Shown: positions 23,891 to 34,136, counted from the stretch's first letter. The stretch: DNA of 64,000 nt from Novosphingobium sp. (GCA_050725835.1 JBOHIC010000053.1:846-64845); one strand, 5' to 3'. A program made the numbers and translations. The notes: generated by a model not told the origin, from the sequence alone.

Positions 23891-24760
23891 ATGGGCTACA
23901 CCCAGATCAAGCTCGACATCTCGGAGCGGATCGCCACGATCACGCTCGACCGTCCGGATAAGATGAACGCCTTCACCCGGACGATGATGGCCGAGCTGAT
24001 CGACGCGCTCGACGAAACCGACGGGGACGACGCGGTGCGTGCGGTGATCGTCACGGGTTCGGGCGAGCGTGCGTTCTGCGCCGGGGCCGACCTCACGCCG
24101 GAGGGCGGTGGACAAGTGTTCTCCAGCCCCGGCAGCGTCGAGGACCTCTCGAGCGACGAGGTGCGCGACGGCGGCGGGCGGCTGACGCTGCGGATGTTCC
24201 AGTCGAAGAAGCCACTGATCTCGGCCTGCAACGGCGCGGCGGTGGGCGTGGGCGCGACGATGCAGCTGCCGATGGACATGCGCCTTGCCAGCGACAACGC
24301 CCGCTTCGGCTTCGTCTTCGCGCGCCGCGGGATCACGCCAGAGGCGGCGTCGAGCTGGTTTCTGCCGCGGATCGTCGGGATCAACACCGCACTCGAATGG
24401 TGCATGACCGGGCGGATTTTCGGCGCAGAGGAAGCCTTGCGCGCCGGGCTGGTGCGCTCGGTCCATCCGCAGAGCGAGCTGATGGATGCGGCGCGCGGGC
24501 TGGCGCGCGAGATCGCCGACAACACCTCGTCGGTGTCGATCGCCATGACCCGCGCAATGCTGTGGCGGCTCTCGGCGACCGAGCATCCGATGATGGCGCA
24601 CCGGATCGACAGCCGCGCGATCTATCGCCTGTCCAAAGGCGCCGACGCCAAGGAAGGTGTGCAAAGCTTCCTCGAGAAGCGCCCGCCCGCCTTCCCGCTC
24701 GGCGTCGCGAGCGATATGCCCGACTTCTACCCGTGGTGGGAGGAGCCACCCTTCGCATGA
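23891..24760 (+). CDS. Enoyl-CoA hydratase/isomerase (crotonase) family protein
   Basis: AFCAGADL, NGAAVGVGATM, RRGITPEAASSWFLPR, EGVQSFLEKR. Confidence 0.92.
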   Translation: MGYTQIKLDISERIATITLDRPDKMNAFTRTMMAELIDALDETDGDDAVRAVIVTGSGERAFCAGADLTPEGGGQVFSSPGSVEDLSSDEVRDGGGRLTLRMFQSKKPLISACNGAAVGVGATMQLPMDMRLASDNARFGFVFARRGITPEAASSWFLPRIVGINTALEWCMTGRIFGAEEALRAGLVRSVHPQSELMDAARGLAREIADNTSSVSIAMTRAMLWRLSATEHPMMAHRIDSRAIYRLSKGADAKEGVQSFLEKRPPAFPLGVASDMPDFYPWWEEPPFA

Positions 24761-25389
24761 GCCAGACCGCGCAGATCGCCCCCGACGCCCCGCCCGGCGC
24801 GCGTGACCTGCTGCTGCAGACCGCGTCGGACATCATGCGCGAGGGCGACATCGTCGACATCTCGCTGTCCGAGCTATCGCTGCGCTCGGGGCTCAATTCC
24901 GCGCTGGTGAAGTACTACTTCGGCAACAAGGCCGGGCTGATGAAGGCTCTGCTCGACCGCGACATGGCCGACATCGTCAATTCGGTCCACGCGCTGATGC
25001 GCAAGGACTGGGAGCCCGAGGCGCGGCTGCGCCACCATATCGGCGCGGTGGTCGATACCTATTACAAAACGCCTTACCTCAACCGCCTGCTGATGCGGCT
25101 GGTGCGCGAGAGCGATCCCGACGAGGCGCACCGCATCGCCGAAAGCTACCTCACCCCGCTCAGCGGCGCCTACGACAAGCTGATTGCCGACGGCGTGGCG
25201 CAGGGGGTGTTCCGCGACGTCGATCCGCAGCTGTTCTATTTCACCCTGACCGGCGCGGCGGACCGCTTCTTCTCGGCGCGGCTGGTGCTGCGCCACTGCT
25301 TCGACCAGGACACCCTGACCGAAGAGCTGCGCGACCGCTACCGCGCGCACTGCATCGATTTCATCATGGCGGGCGTGCTCAGGCACTGA
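24757..25389 (+). CDS. TetR family transcriptional regulator
   Basis: N-terminal HTH ISLSELSLRSGLNSALVKYYFGNKAGL; ATGA overlap with the upstream gene. Confidence 0.9.
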   Translation: MSQTAQIAPDAPPGARDLLLQTASDIMREGDIVDISLSELSLRSGLNSALVKYYFGNKAGLMKALLDRDMADIVNSVHALMRKDWEPEARLRHHIGAVVDTYYKTPYLNRLLMRLVRESDPDEAHRIAESYLTPLSGAYDKLIADGVAQGVFRDVDPQLFYFTLTGAADRFFSARLVLRHCFDQDTLTEELRDRYRAHCIDFIMAGVLRH

Positions 25390-26252
25390 TGAGCGAGCAC
25401 TGGCACATCGGAGTTTTGGGCGGTTCCGGCCTCTCCGCCGGGATCGAGCTGGACGATGCGCAGGAAATCGAAGTCGCCAGCCCGTTCGGCATGCCGTCGG
25501 GGCCGGTGACGACCGGGCGGCTCGGCGGGGTGCGCTTCACTTTCCTCGCGCGGCATGGGTCGGGGCACACGATCCCGCCCGACGCGGTCAACTACCGCGC
25601 CAATATCGACGTGCTCAAACGCTGCCGGGTCAGCGACGTGATCGCGCTTTCGGCCTGCGGCTCGCTGCGCGAGGATTTCTCGCCGGGCCACCTCGTCGCG
25701 GTGGACCAGCTGATCGACCGCACCAGCGGGCGCGAGCGCAGTTTCTTCGGGCCGGGGCTGGTCGCGCATGTCAGCCTCGCCGATCCGGTCTGTCCTCGGC
25801 TCTCCGGACTCGCGGCCGATGCAGCGGCGGATGCAAGGGCGACCGTCCACCGCGCCGGCTGCTATGTCGCCATCGACGGACCGCAGTTCTCGACCCGCGC
25901 CGAAAGCCGGCTTTACCAATCGTGGGGCGCCGACGTGATCGGGATGACCGGGATGCCCGAAGCGCGGCTCGCGCGCGAGGCCGAGCTGGCTTATGCGATG
26001 CTGGCGATGGTCACCGATTTCGATTCATGGCGCGAAGGCGAGGCGGTTTCGGCGGGTGAAGTGTTCACGACGATGCAGGTCAACGCCGAACTGGCGCGGG
26101 CGACTTTGATCGCTTTGGCCAAGAGCCTGCCCGCCAAGCGCAGTCCGAGCTTCGCGGACACGGCGCTCGACGGGGCCGTCGTAACCGCGAAGGACGAGCG
26201 CGATCGGGTGCTGGCGGCGAAGCTCGATGCGGTCGCGGGGAGGGTGCTGTGA
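25389..26252 (+). CDS. mtnP: S-methyl-5'-thioadenosine phosphorylase
   Basis: IGVLGGSG, FLARHG, VNYRANI, GPQFSTRAES, DVIGMTGMPEA, VTDFDSW. Confidence 0.9.
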   Translation: MSEHWHIGVLGGSGLSAGIELDDAQEIEVASPFGMPSGPVTTGRLGGVRFTFLARHGSGHTIPPDAVNYRANIDVLKRCRVSDVIALSACGSLREDFSPGHLVAVDQLIDRTSGRERSFFGPGLVAHVSLADPVCPRLSGLAADAAADARATVHRAGCYVAIDGPQFSTRAESRLYQSWGADVIGMTGMPEARLAREAELAYAMLAMVTDFDSWREGEAVSAGEVFTTMQVNAELARATLIALAKSLPAKRSPSFADTALDGAVVTAKDERDRVLAAKLDAVAGRVL

Positions 26253-26881
26253 GCGAGGTCGTCCTGCACGACTATTGGCGCTCCTCCGCGGCCTACCGGG
26301 TGCGGATCGTGCTCAATCTCAAGGGCGTCGCTTACCGTTCGGTGCCGGTCAATCTCGCCGAGGGCGAGCAGCGCGGCGATGCTTTCCGCACCATCAACCC
26401 GCTCGCGCTGGTCCCGGTGCTCGAGGTCGACGGACACCTGCTGAGCCAGTCGCTGGCGATCATCGACTACCTCGACGCGAAGTTCGAGGAGCCGAAGATG
26501 GTCTCGGCCGATCCCGCCACACGCTCGCGCACGCTCGCCCAGGCATTGACCATCGCCGCCGAAATGCACCCGCTGCAGAACCTGCGGGTGCAGAATTACC
26601 TCCGCGACGAATTGGGCGCCGATGCCGAGGCGCTCACCCGCTGGCTCCACCGCTGGCTCGGCGACGGGCTCGCCGCGCTCGAAGCGCAGGCACCCGAGGA
26701 CGGGCTGTTCGGCGGCGATATGCCCAACCTCGCCGATGTCTGCCTGGTCCCGCAGATGTACAGCGCCCGGCGCTTCGGCCTGCCGCTCGAACCCCTGCCG
26801 CGGCTGGTGCGGATCGACGCGGCCTTGCGCGCGCTCCCCGCCTTCGCCGCCGCCGCGCCCGAGGCGGTCAAGCCGGCATAG
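26249..26881 (+). CDS. maiA: Maleylacetoacetate isomerase (GST zeta class)
   Basis: YWRSSAAYRVRIVLNLKG, SQSLAIIDYLD, MHPLQNLRV, LADVCLVPQ. Confidence 0.9.
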   Translation: MSEVVLHDYWRSSAAYRVRIVLNLKGVAYRSVPVNLAEGEQRGDAFRTINPLALVPVLEVDGHLLSQSLAIIDYLDAKFEEPKMVSADPATRSRTLAQALTIAAEMHPLQNLRVQNYLRDELGADAEALTRWLHRWLGDGLAALEAQAPEDGLFGGDMPNLADVCLVPQMYSARRFGLPLEPLPRLVRIDAALRALPAFAAAAPEAVKPA

Positions 26882-26920
26882 CCCTTGCGCGGCCAACCGG
26901 TTGCACTAGTAACCGCTTCG

Positions 26921-27382
26921 ATGGCCCAGCCGAGCAACCGCCTTGCCGATTTCCTGCCCTATCTGCTGTCGGTGACCTCGAACGCGGTTAGCGACCTGAT
27001 CGCCGGGGAGTATCGCGCGCGGTATGGGCTGAAGATCCCCGAATGGCGGGTGATGGCGGTGCTCGGCGACGCCGGGGCGAAGACCCAGCGCGACCTCGTC
27101 GACGCCACCCGGATGGACAAGGTCGCGGTCAACCGCGCGTGCAAGGTGCTCGAAGAGCGCGGCCTCGTCGCGCGCAGCCCCAACGCGCGCGACGGACGCT
27201 CGCACCATCTGGGGCTGACTGCGGCGGGGACCGAGGTCCACGCCCGGATCATGCCCCACGCGCTCGACATGGAGCGGCGGCTGTTCGCGATCCTCAGCCC
27301 CGCCGAGACCGCCCAGTTCAAGCACCAGCTCGCCCGCGTTCTTGATCAGGCGCGGGTGCTCGAGGAAGGACCCAAGACTTGA
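26921..27382 (+). CDS. MarR family transcriptional regulator
   Basis: FLPYLLSV, IPEWRVMAVL, MDKVAVNRACKVL, DGRSHHLGLT; start could instead be TTG 26885. Confidence 0.88.
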   Translation: MAQPSNRLADFLPYLLSVTSNAVSDLIAGEYRARYGLKIPEWRVMAVLGDAGAKTQRDLVDATRMDKVAVNRACKVLEERGLVARSPNARDGRSHHLGLTAAGTEVHARIMPHALDMERRLFAILSPAETAQFKHQLARVLDQARVLEEGPKT

Positions 27383-28386
27383 AACTCGCTTCGCTTCCCG
27401 GGGGCCGCGACGGCCGGCTGGCCGTGGTCTCGCGCGATCTCGCGTGGTTTGCCGAGGCGGGGCATGTGGTGCCGACATTGCAGGCCGCGCTCGACGACTG
27501 GGAGCGCCACGAACCGGCGCTGCGCGCGCTCGCCGAAGAACTCGAACACGGGGCGATCCCGCGCGAGCGGTTCCACGAACGCGAGGCGCTCGCCCCGCTG
27601 CCGCGCGCCTACCAGTGGGCCGACGGCTCGGCCTACGTCAATCACGTCGAGCTGGTGCGCAAGGCGCGCGGGGCCGAACTGCCCGAGAGCTTCTGGCACG
27701 ATCCGCTGATGTACCAGGGCGGCAGCGACGACCTGCGCGGCGCACGCGCGCCGATTACCTTGGCCGACGAGGCGTGGGGTTGCGACATGGAAGCCGAAAT
27801 CTGCGTAGTCACTGGCGACGTTGCGCAGGGAACCGACGCGGCGGCGGCGCGCGCTGCCGTCCTGCTCGTCGGGCTGGTCAACGATGTGAGCCTGCGCAAC
27901 CTCATCCCGGGCGAGCTCGCCAAGGGCTTCGGCTTCGTCCAGTCCAAACCCGCGACGCATTTCTCGCCGGTTTTCGTTACCCCCGACGAACTCGGCGAGG
28001 CCTGGCGCGAGGGGCGGCTGCACCGTCCGCTGATGGTCGATCTGAACGGCCAACCCTTCGGCCGGGCCGAAGCGGGCGAAGAGTGCACCTTCGATTTCGG
28101 CACGCTGATCGCCCATCTCGCCAAGACCAGGCGGCTCGGCGCGGGCTCGATCGTCGGCTCGGGCACGGTCTCGAATCGCGATCCCGACGGATCGCCGGGG
28201 CGTCCGGTGAGCGCCGGGGGTAAGGGCTACAGCTGCATTGCCGAGCTGCGGATGGTCGAGACGATCGGCGCGGGCGCGGCAAAGACCGATTTCCTGCGTT
28301 ATGGCGACACGGTGCGGATCGAGATGCGCGATGCCGCCGGGCATTCGATCTTCGGGGCGATCGAGCAGGAAGTGGTGCCGCTCTAA
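27379..28386 (+). CDS. Fumarylacetoacetate hydrolase family protein
   Basis: MKLASL...RDGRLAVVSRDL, LMYQGGSD, CDMEAE, LVNDVSLR, QSKP, GSGTVSN; TTG start. Confidence 0.9.
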   Translation: MKLASLPGGRDGRLAVVSRDLAWFAEAGHVVPTLQAALDDWERHEPALRALAEELEHGAIPRERFHEREALAPLPRAYQWADGSAYVNHVELVRKARGAELPESFWHDPLMYQGGSDDLRGARAPITLADEAWGCDMEAEICVVTGDVAQGTDAAAARAAVLLVGLVNDVSLRNLIPGELAKGFGFVQSKPATHFSPVFVTPDELGEAWREGRLHRPLMVDLNGQPFGRAEAGEECTFDFGTLIAHLAKTRRLGAGSIVGSGTVSNRDPDGSPGRPVSAGGKGYSCIAELRMVETIGAGAAKTDFLRYGDTVRIEMRDAAGHSIFGAIEQEVVPL

Positions 28387-28387
28387 G

Positions 28388-28526
28388 ATCTTCCCCGGAA
28401 CGGGGAGGTGGCCCGAAGGCTGACGGAGGGGTCGAAACCTCGCCGCAAACCTCACGCCTGCGGCAAGGTCTCGACCCCTCCACCACCGCCTGCGGCGGCA
28501 GTCCCCCTCCCCGTTCCGGGGAGGAT
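28388..28526. repeat. Inverted REP-like doublet (CIR-like), between convergent genes
   Basis: Left arm ATCTTCCCCGGAACGGGGAGG...GGAGGGGTCGA; right arm reverse complement ATCCTCCCCGGAACGGGGAGG...GGAGGGGTCGA. Confidence 0.85.
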
Positions 28527-28532
28527 TTAAGC

Positions 28533-29543
28533 TCAGCTCTGCCCGGGCTTGGCCGCGAAGGCGTCGGCGATCGAGCAGGCCGCCGGGCCGAGAATGACGA
28601 TGAACAGCACCGGCAGGATGAACAGGATCAACGGCACGGTCATGATCGCGGGCAGACGCGCGGCCTTTTCTTCGGCGCGCATCATCCGCTCGTTGCGGAA
28701 TTCGGCCGAGAGCACGCGCAGCGCCGAGGCGAGCGGGGTGCCGTAGCGTTCGGTCTGGACCATCGTCGTGGTCACGCCCTTCACCGCCTCGAGGTTGACG
28801 CGGTAAGCGAGGTTTTCGAACGCCTGGCGCCGCTCGGAGAGGAACGACAGCTCGATCGCGGTGAGTGCGAATTCGTCACCGAGCTCGGGGTAGGCCCGGC
28901 CGAGTTCCTTGGCGACGCGGTTGAACGCGGCGTCGACGGTGAGGCCGGCTTCGGCACAGATCACCAGCAGGTCGAGCGCGTCGGGCAGACCCTTGCGGAT
29001 CTCGTTGGTGCGCTTGTTGATCTTGTTGCTGAGGATGATGTCGGGCAGCTTGTAGCCGAACCCGACCGCCGCGGCGAAGCCGAACAGCCGCTTCATCCCG
29101 CCCCATTCGGGAAAGTAGTTGATCCCGTAGATCAACAGCCCGGCGACCCCGCCGAGCACGATCGGCACGACCATCCGGCCGAAGATGACCGCGACCGCCC
29201 ATTCCTTCTTGCGGATGCCGGCCTGGGCGAGCTTTTGCTGCGCGACCTTGAGCTGGCTGTCCTGGAGCACCTTGAGCGACGACAGCGTGTCGCGCATCTT
29301 GTCGGTGGCTTCGTTCTTGCGGATCAGGCTGGCGCGCTTCCGCGACGTCCCGGTGACGATCCCCGCCTTGAGCTGCTCGCGCCGCTCGTTGAGCGCCTTG
29401 ACCCGCTTCTGCATCGGGTCGCGGATGGTGATCGCGGTATAGATCGCGAACATCACCGCCAGCGCCGCGAGCGCCGCCAGCAGCGTGCCGGCGAAGATAA
29501 CGTCGACGCCGAGAAGGGTCGGACCGGGAGGGGTATTCAACAT
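28533..29543 (-). CDS. tadC: Tad pilus inner-membrane platform protein TadC
   Basis: LPDALDLLVICAEAGL, ERYGTPLASALRVL, RAEEKAARLPAIMTVPLILFILP. Confidence 0.93.
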   Translation of the reverse strand: MLNTPPGPTLLGVDVIFAGTLLAALAALAVMFAIYTAITIRDPMQKRVKALNERREQLKAGIVTGTSRKRASLIRKNEATDKMRDTLSSLKVLQDSQLKVAQQKLAQAGIRKKEWAVAVIFGRMVVPIVLGGVAGLLIYGINYFPEWGGMKRLFGFAAAVGFGYKLPDIILSNKINKRTNEIRKGLPDALDLLVICAEAGLTVDAAFNRVAKELGRAYPELGDEFALTAIELSFLSERRQAFENLAYRVNLEAVKGVTTTMVQTERYGTPLASALRVLSAEFRNERMMRAEEKAARLPAIMTVPLILFILPVLFIVILGPAACSIADAFAAKPGQS

Positions 29544-29564
29544 GATGCTATGCGTCCCTCTCGC

Positions 29565-30536
29565 TCAGATCTCGAAGCTGACCATCTTGGCCATGATGAA
29601 AGCGCCCAGGCTCATCCACACCGCGCCGCCAAGGCCGGTGGCGATCAGCCGCTCGTCGGTGAAGAAGCCGGCGAGGTACTTGGGATTGATCCACCAGATC
29701 ATCCCGAAAACCAGGAACGGCAGGCACCCGACGATGTAGGCCGAAGCCTTCGATTCAGAACTCATCGCCCGAATCTTCAGCTTCATTTGCGCGCGCTTGC
29801 GCAGCACGTCGGCGAGGTTCGAGAGCGTCTCGGCAAGGTTGCCGCCGGTCTCCCGCTGGATCGCCAGGGTGATGCAGAAGAAGTTGAACTCGGAGATGTT
29901 GAGGCGGTCCGCGGTTTCCTGCAGCGCCTCTTCCATCGTTCGGCCGATGCGGATGCGCTCGGTCACCAGCTTGAATTCCTCGCCGACCGGGCCGGGGACT
30001 TCGCTCGAGACCACCCCGAGCGTTTCGGTGACCGGGAGCCCCGAGCGCAGGCCGCGGACGAGCAGTTCGATCGCGTCGGGGAACTTGGTGTTGAATTTGC
30101 CGGTGCGCTTCTTGACGTGGAAGCCCACCACCATGTGCGGAATCCCGGCGCCGAACACCGCGCCGATCCCGAGCGAGAGCAGCGCCGCGCCCGACTTGAG
30201 GTAGATCAGCACGGTGATCGCCAAAGCGACCCCGAGCGAGGCGTAGAGGTACTGCGACACCGTCCACGGCTTGCCGCTGCGGTGCAGCCTGAGGGCAAGC
30301 GCGGCGATGCGCGATTCCGACCCGGCGATGTTGTGCAGCTTGGGCTTGCGCGCGGCGACCGCCTTGCGCAGCTGGGCCTCCATCCGATCGTTCGTGCTTT
30401 CGGAGTGCCGATCGCGCAGCCCCTGAAGCCTGCGCGCGCCTTCCTTCGCCGGCGACGGGCCGGACAGCGCCATGAAGCCGAGGACCATGAAGGTCATCAG
30501 ACCCCCGGCAATCAGCAGCAGCTGGACAATGCTCAT
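29565..30536 (-). CDS. tadB: Tad pilus inner-membrane platform protein TadB
   Basis: FPDAIELLVRGLRSGLP, IQRETGGNLAETL, KIRAMSSE. Confidence 0.93.
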   Translation of the reverse strand: MSIVQLLLIAGGLMTFMVLGFMALSGPSPAKEGARRLQGLRDRHSESTNDRMEAQLRKAVAARKPKLHNIAGSESRIAALALRLHRSGKPWTVSQYLYASLGVALAITVLIYLKSGAALLSLGIGAVFGAGIPHMVVGFHVKKRTGKFNTKFPDAIELLVRGLRSGLPVTETLGVVSSEVPGPVGEEFKLVTERIRIGRTMEEALQETADRLNISEFNFFCITLAIQRETGGNLAETLSNLADVLRKRAQMKLKIRAMSSESKASAYIVGCLPFLVFGMIWWINPKYLAGFFTDERLIATGLGGAVWMSLGAFIMAKMVSFEI

Positions 30537-30604
30537 CTGCGCACCACGCCTTCCTCAATCGTCTATCGTGTGCAGCGGCCCCTGGCGGGATCGCCGCGCG
30601 GGCT

Positions 30605-31888
30605 TCAGGCCGCTTCGACCGTCGCCGCCGGCTTGGGCTTCTTGGCGAGCATCGCCTTGAGGTCGAACTTGCCGAGCAGCGATTTCTTGGCCGGATCGAC
30701 CGCGTCGACGACTTCGCCGTCGCCGATGTTCATCACCGCCTTGGCGACTTCGCGGATCGCCGCGCCGGCCTTCGACGAACGGTTGGCGTCGGCGAAGGTC
30801 TGGCCGAGCTTGGCGGCGTTGGCGGCCGCCTTGACGTCGTAGGGCACGGTGTAGCCGATCTTGCGTTCGATCGAGGCCTCGAAGTCGGGCCGCGAGATTT
30901 CGGCGACGCCCGGCATAACCTTGTTGGCGACGACGATCGTCTGAACGTGGCTGGCGTTGGTCTTGAGCCACGACAGGATGCGGATCGCATCGCGCGCGGA
31001 GGCCAGCGTCATTTCGGTGACGAGCAGCACGACGTTCACTTCCGCGAGCAGGTGCGGGAAGTTGATCAGCATGTTGCGCGGCAGATCGACCACGGTCATC
31101 TCGAAGGCCTGGCGGAACTCTTCCTCGAGCTGCACGAAGGCCGCGCCGTCGGTCATCAGCGGCGAGTTCATCGGCGCTTCGGCCGAGAGGATCGCAAGGT
31201 TGTCGTTGGCGCGGATCATCGCGCGTTCGATGAACAGCCCGTCGATTCGGCTGGGGTTCTCGATCGCGTCGGTCAGCCCGCGGCCGGGCTCGAGATCGAG
31301 CGCCAGCGCACCGGTGCCGAAGTGGACATCGAGATCGAGCAGCGCGGTCGGCATCTTGTTGTCGGCGCTGAACAGCCAGGCGAGCGAGGTCGCCAGGGTC
31401 GAGGCCCCAACTCCGCCGCGGGTGCCGATGATCGCGGTCGAAATGTGCTTCTTGACCGCGCCGCCTTCGAGATGCTTGGGCGCGGCGAACACCGCCTGGG
31501 CGTTGATCAGCGCATCGCGGATCTGCCCCGGCGAAAGCGGCTTGAGCAGGTAGTCGTGGATGCCGCTGCCAAGCAGATCGCGGTAAAGCCGAACGTCGTT
31601 GACCTGGCCGACCGCGATCACCACCGTGCCGGGCTCGCAAACTTCGGCCAGACCGTTGATGTCGTTGAGCGGATCGCCGCTCTCCGACAGGTCGACCATC
31701 AGGATGTTCGGACTGGCGGTGATCGAGAGCGACTGGACCGCGTTGCGCAGCCCGCCTTTGTTGCACTTCTCGGGCTGCCAGCCCATTTCGATCACGACCG
31801 GACGCAGCACGTCGAGCGCGGCATCGTCGCAGATATAGGCGGCGAAGGCGTCGCGATTGCCCTGCACGGGTTTCCAAGGAGCGTTCAT
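30605..31888 (-). CDS. cpaE: Pilus assembly protein CpaE/TadZ (receiver-like + MinD-like)
   Basis: GIHDYLLKP, GTRGGVGASTLA, LLDLDVHFGT; position in the cpa cluster. Confidence 0.9.
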   Translation of the reverse strand: MNAPWKPVQGNRDAFAAYICDDAALDVLRPVVIEMGWQPEKCNKGGLRNAVQSLSITASPNILMVDLSESGDPLNDINGLAEVCEPGTVVIAVGQVNDVRLYRDLLGSGIHDYLLKPLSPGQIRDALINAQAVFAAPKHLEGGAVKKHISTAIIGTRGGVGASTLATSLAWLFSADNKMPTALLDLDVHFGTGALALDLEPGRGLTDAIENPSRIDGLFIERAMIRANDNLAILSAEAPMNSPLMTDGAAFVQLEEEFRQAFEMTVVDLPRNMLINFPHLLAEVNVVLLVTEMTLASARDAIRILSWLKTNASHVQTIVVANKVMPGVAEISRPDFEASIERKIGYTVPYDVKAAANAAKLGQTFADANRSSKAGAAIREVAKAVMNIGDGEVVDAVDPAKKSLLGKFDLKAMLAKKPKPAATVEAA

Positions 31889-31893
31889 GTCAC

Positions 31894-32544
31894 TTACTTC
31901 CCACTCTGCGTCGATTGCTTGGTCAGGCCATCGGCGCCGGTCGGCTTGGCCTCCCGATAGGTGTCGATCGCCTTGGTCGAGCTCATCACCACGGTTTCGC
32001 CGGTGCCGGTCTCGCCCTTGAGCAGGTGCTCGGGGTTGGCGACCATCGCCGCGAGGTTGGCGTTAGAGGCGCAGCCGTAGTTGGTGCTGGTGGCGTTGCT
32101 CAGGTTGGTGTCCGACTTGGCCGACCAGTCCGGGCAGCCCGGGACGCTAGCGGTCGAGCGGGTCACGACGACGCGCGCCGTCCCGGCGTTGACGAAGCCC
32201 GGGGTGGCCGGCGCTTCGCTGCCGACCAGCAGGCCATAACGCCCCGCGACGCCTTCGACCGCGGCGCGGGTGGCGCCGCTGTCGAGCGGATCGTCGACCG
32301 CGATGCGATCGCCGTAGCGCAGGTCGAGCGCCTCGAACCAGCCGGCGAGCCGGCGCTGTTCGGGCAGCGACAGGCCGCCCGGGCCGGTCGTCACGTCGAG
32401 CGTGAAGTTGGTCCGCGAGACCACCGGCTGGTGGACGCTTTCGAGCGAGCGGTTGGTCGCCGCGCCGCCGATGCAGCCGCTGAGGGCGAGGCCGAGCGAG
32501 ATGGCGGCCGCCGCACGAAGTTGGGATTTGCGCATGGTCGTCAC
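31894..32544 (-). CDS. cpaD: Pilus assembly lipoprotein CpaD
   Basis: Lipobox LSGC, CPDW, NYGCASNANLAAMVANPEHL. Confidence 0.9.
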   Translation of the reverse strand: MTTMRKSQLRAAAAISLGLALSGCIGGAATNRSLESVHQPVVSRTNFTLDVTTGPGGLSLPEQRRLAGWFEALDLRYGDRIAVDDPLDSGATRAAVEGVAGRYGLLVGSEAPATPGFVNAGTARVVVTRSTASVPGCPDWSAKSDTNLSNATSTNYGCASNANLAAMVANPEHLLKGETGTGETVVMSSTKAIDTYREAKPTGADGLTKQSTQSGK

Positions 32545-32549
32545 CTTTC

Positions 32550-34136
32550 TCAGTTCAGGTTGAAGCCGGGGGCGGCGGCGGCGTTGGCCGTGCGCTCGCG
32601 CCCCTTCTTCTTCGGCTTGGCCGGCAGGGCCGCCGGGTTGTCGTCGAGCCCGACCTTGGGCGCGGCGGGAGCGGCCGGAGCGGCGGTCGGCATCGGCCGG
32701 CTGGCGCCCGACTTGCCGTCGTTCTCCATGTTGCCGAACAGCCGCTGGATGTCGTTGGGGTTCTGGAACCCGTCGGTCGGCAGCTTGATCTCGCTGCCGT
32801 CGACCGGATTGACCAGGTACGGCGTGACCACGATCACCAGCTCGGTTTCGCCGCGCTGGAAGTTGGTCGAACGGAACAGCGAGCCGATGATCGGCAGGTC
32901 GCCCGCGCCAGGCAGTTTCTTGACCGTGTTTTGGGCGTTGTTGCCCATCAGCCCGGCGATCATGAAGCTCTGGCCCGAGCCGAGCTCGACCGTGGTCTCG
33001 GCCCGCCGCACGGTGAGCGCGGGGACGTTGAAGCCGTTGAGCGTGATCGAACCCTGGCTCGACAGCTCGGACACTTCGGGCCGCACGCGGATCGAGATGC
33101 GGCCATTGGAGAGGACCGTCGGAGTGTAGGCCAGGCTGACGCCGAACTTCTTGTATTCGACCGAGGTCGTGCCGAGGCCCTGGCTGATCGGGATCGGATA
33201 TTCGCCGCCCGCGAGGAAGTCCGCGGTTTCGCCCGAGAGCGCGGTCAGGTTGGGCTCGGACAAGCTGGTGACCAGGCCGAGCGTCTCGCCGAGGTCGAGT
33301 GCGCCGAGCAGGTCGAGCCCGAACAGGCGGCCCGCGCCTGCAAGGGTGGTCCCCGACGAGATCGGATTGACCGACGAACCATCGACTTCGACGAAACCGC
33401 CCGGATTGTTCGGATCGGGAATCTGGATCTTGAGCTTGCTGCCCACGCTCAGCGCCTGGCCGGGGCCGGCGTAGTGCGTGTTGAGGAAGTTGCCGCGGCC
33501 CTGGCCGATGCCGAACTGGAACCCGCTCGATCCGTCGATGGCCGAGAGGTTGGTGCCGATCTGACGGACCAGGGTGCGGCTGACTTCGGCGAACTTGACG
33601 CGCAGGTTGACCTGCAGCGGGGTTGCCATCTTGAGCCGGGTGATGACGTTGGCGTCCTTGCCGACGAAGGCCGAGACGAGGCGCTGGGCCTCGGCGGCGT
33701 CCTCGGGCGAGGCCACCGTGCCGGTCAGCAGGAAGGTGCCGGTGCCCATGGTCGAGACCGCGATCTTGGCGTCGGGCATGGCGAGGCGCAGCATCTGATC
33801 GACGCTGTCGATGTTCGAGCCGACCCGGATGTTGGCCGACCAGATCACGTCGCCCGCTGCGTTGCTGGCGTAAACCGTGGTCTCGCCGCCGGCCTTGCCG
33901 AAAACGTAGAGCTGGCGGGCCGACTTGACCTGGACGTCGGCGACCGAATCGTTGGCGACGAAAACGTCGGCCATGGTCCCCGAAACGGTGACCAGCTGGC
34001 CGCGTCCGATCGACAGGTTGATGTCGCTCGCGGGGCGCATCACCGACTGCGCGTGGGCCGTTCCGGCCGGCAGCAGCGCCAGCGGGGCGGCCGCGCAGGC
34101 GGCGGTGAGCAGGGTGGTGACTAGACGGCGCTTCAT
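32550..34136 (-). CDS. cpaC: Pilus secretin CpaC/RcpA
   Basis: QVNLRVKFAEVSR, EPNLTALSGETADFLAGGEYP, TTVELGSGQSF, ETELVIVVTP; start placed at MKRRLV with AAAGG SD. Confidence 0.92.
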   Translation of the reverse strand: MKRRLVTTLLTAACAAAPLALLPAGTAHAQSVMRPASDINLSIGRGQLVTVSGTMADVFVANDSVADVQVKSARQLYVFGKAGGETTVYASNAAGDVIWSANIRVGSNIDSVDQMLRLAMPDAKIAVSTMGTGTFLLTGTVASPEDAAEAQRLVSAFVGKDANVITRLKMATPLQVNLRVKFAEVSRTLVRQIGTNLSAIDGSSGFQFGIGQGRGNFLNTHYAGPGQALSVGSKLKIQIPDPNNPGGFVEVDGSSVNPISSGTTLAGAGRLFGLDLLGALDLGETLGLVTSLSEPNLTALSGETADFLAGGEYPIPISQGLGTTSVEYKKFGVSLAYTPTVLSNGRISIRVRPEVSELSSQGSITLNGFNVPALTVRRAETTVELGSGQSFMIAGLMGNNAQNTVKKLPGAGDLPIIGSLFRSTNFQRGETELVIVVTPYLVNPVDGSEIKLPTDGFQNPNDIQRLFGNMENDGKSGASRPMPTAAPAAPAAPKVGLDDNPAALPAKPKKKGRERTANAAAAPGFNLN

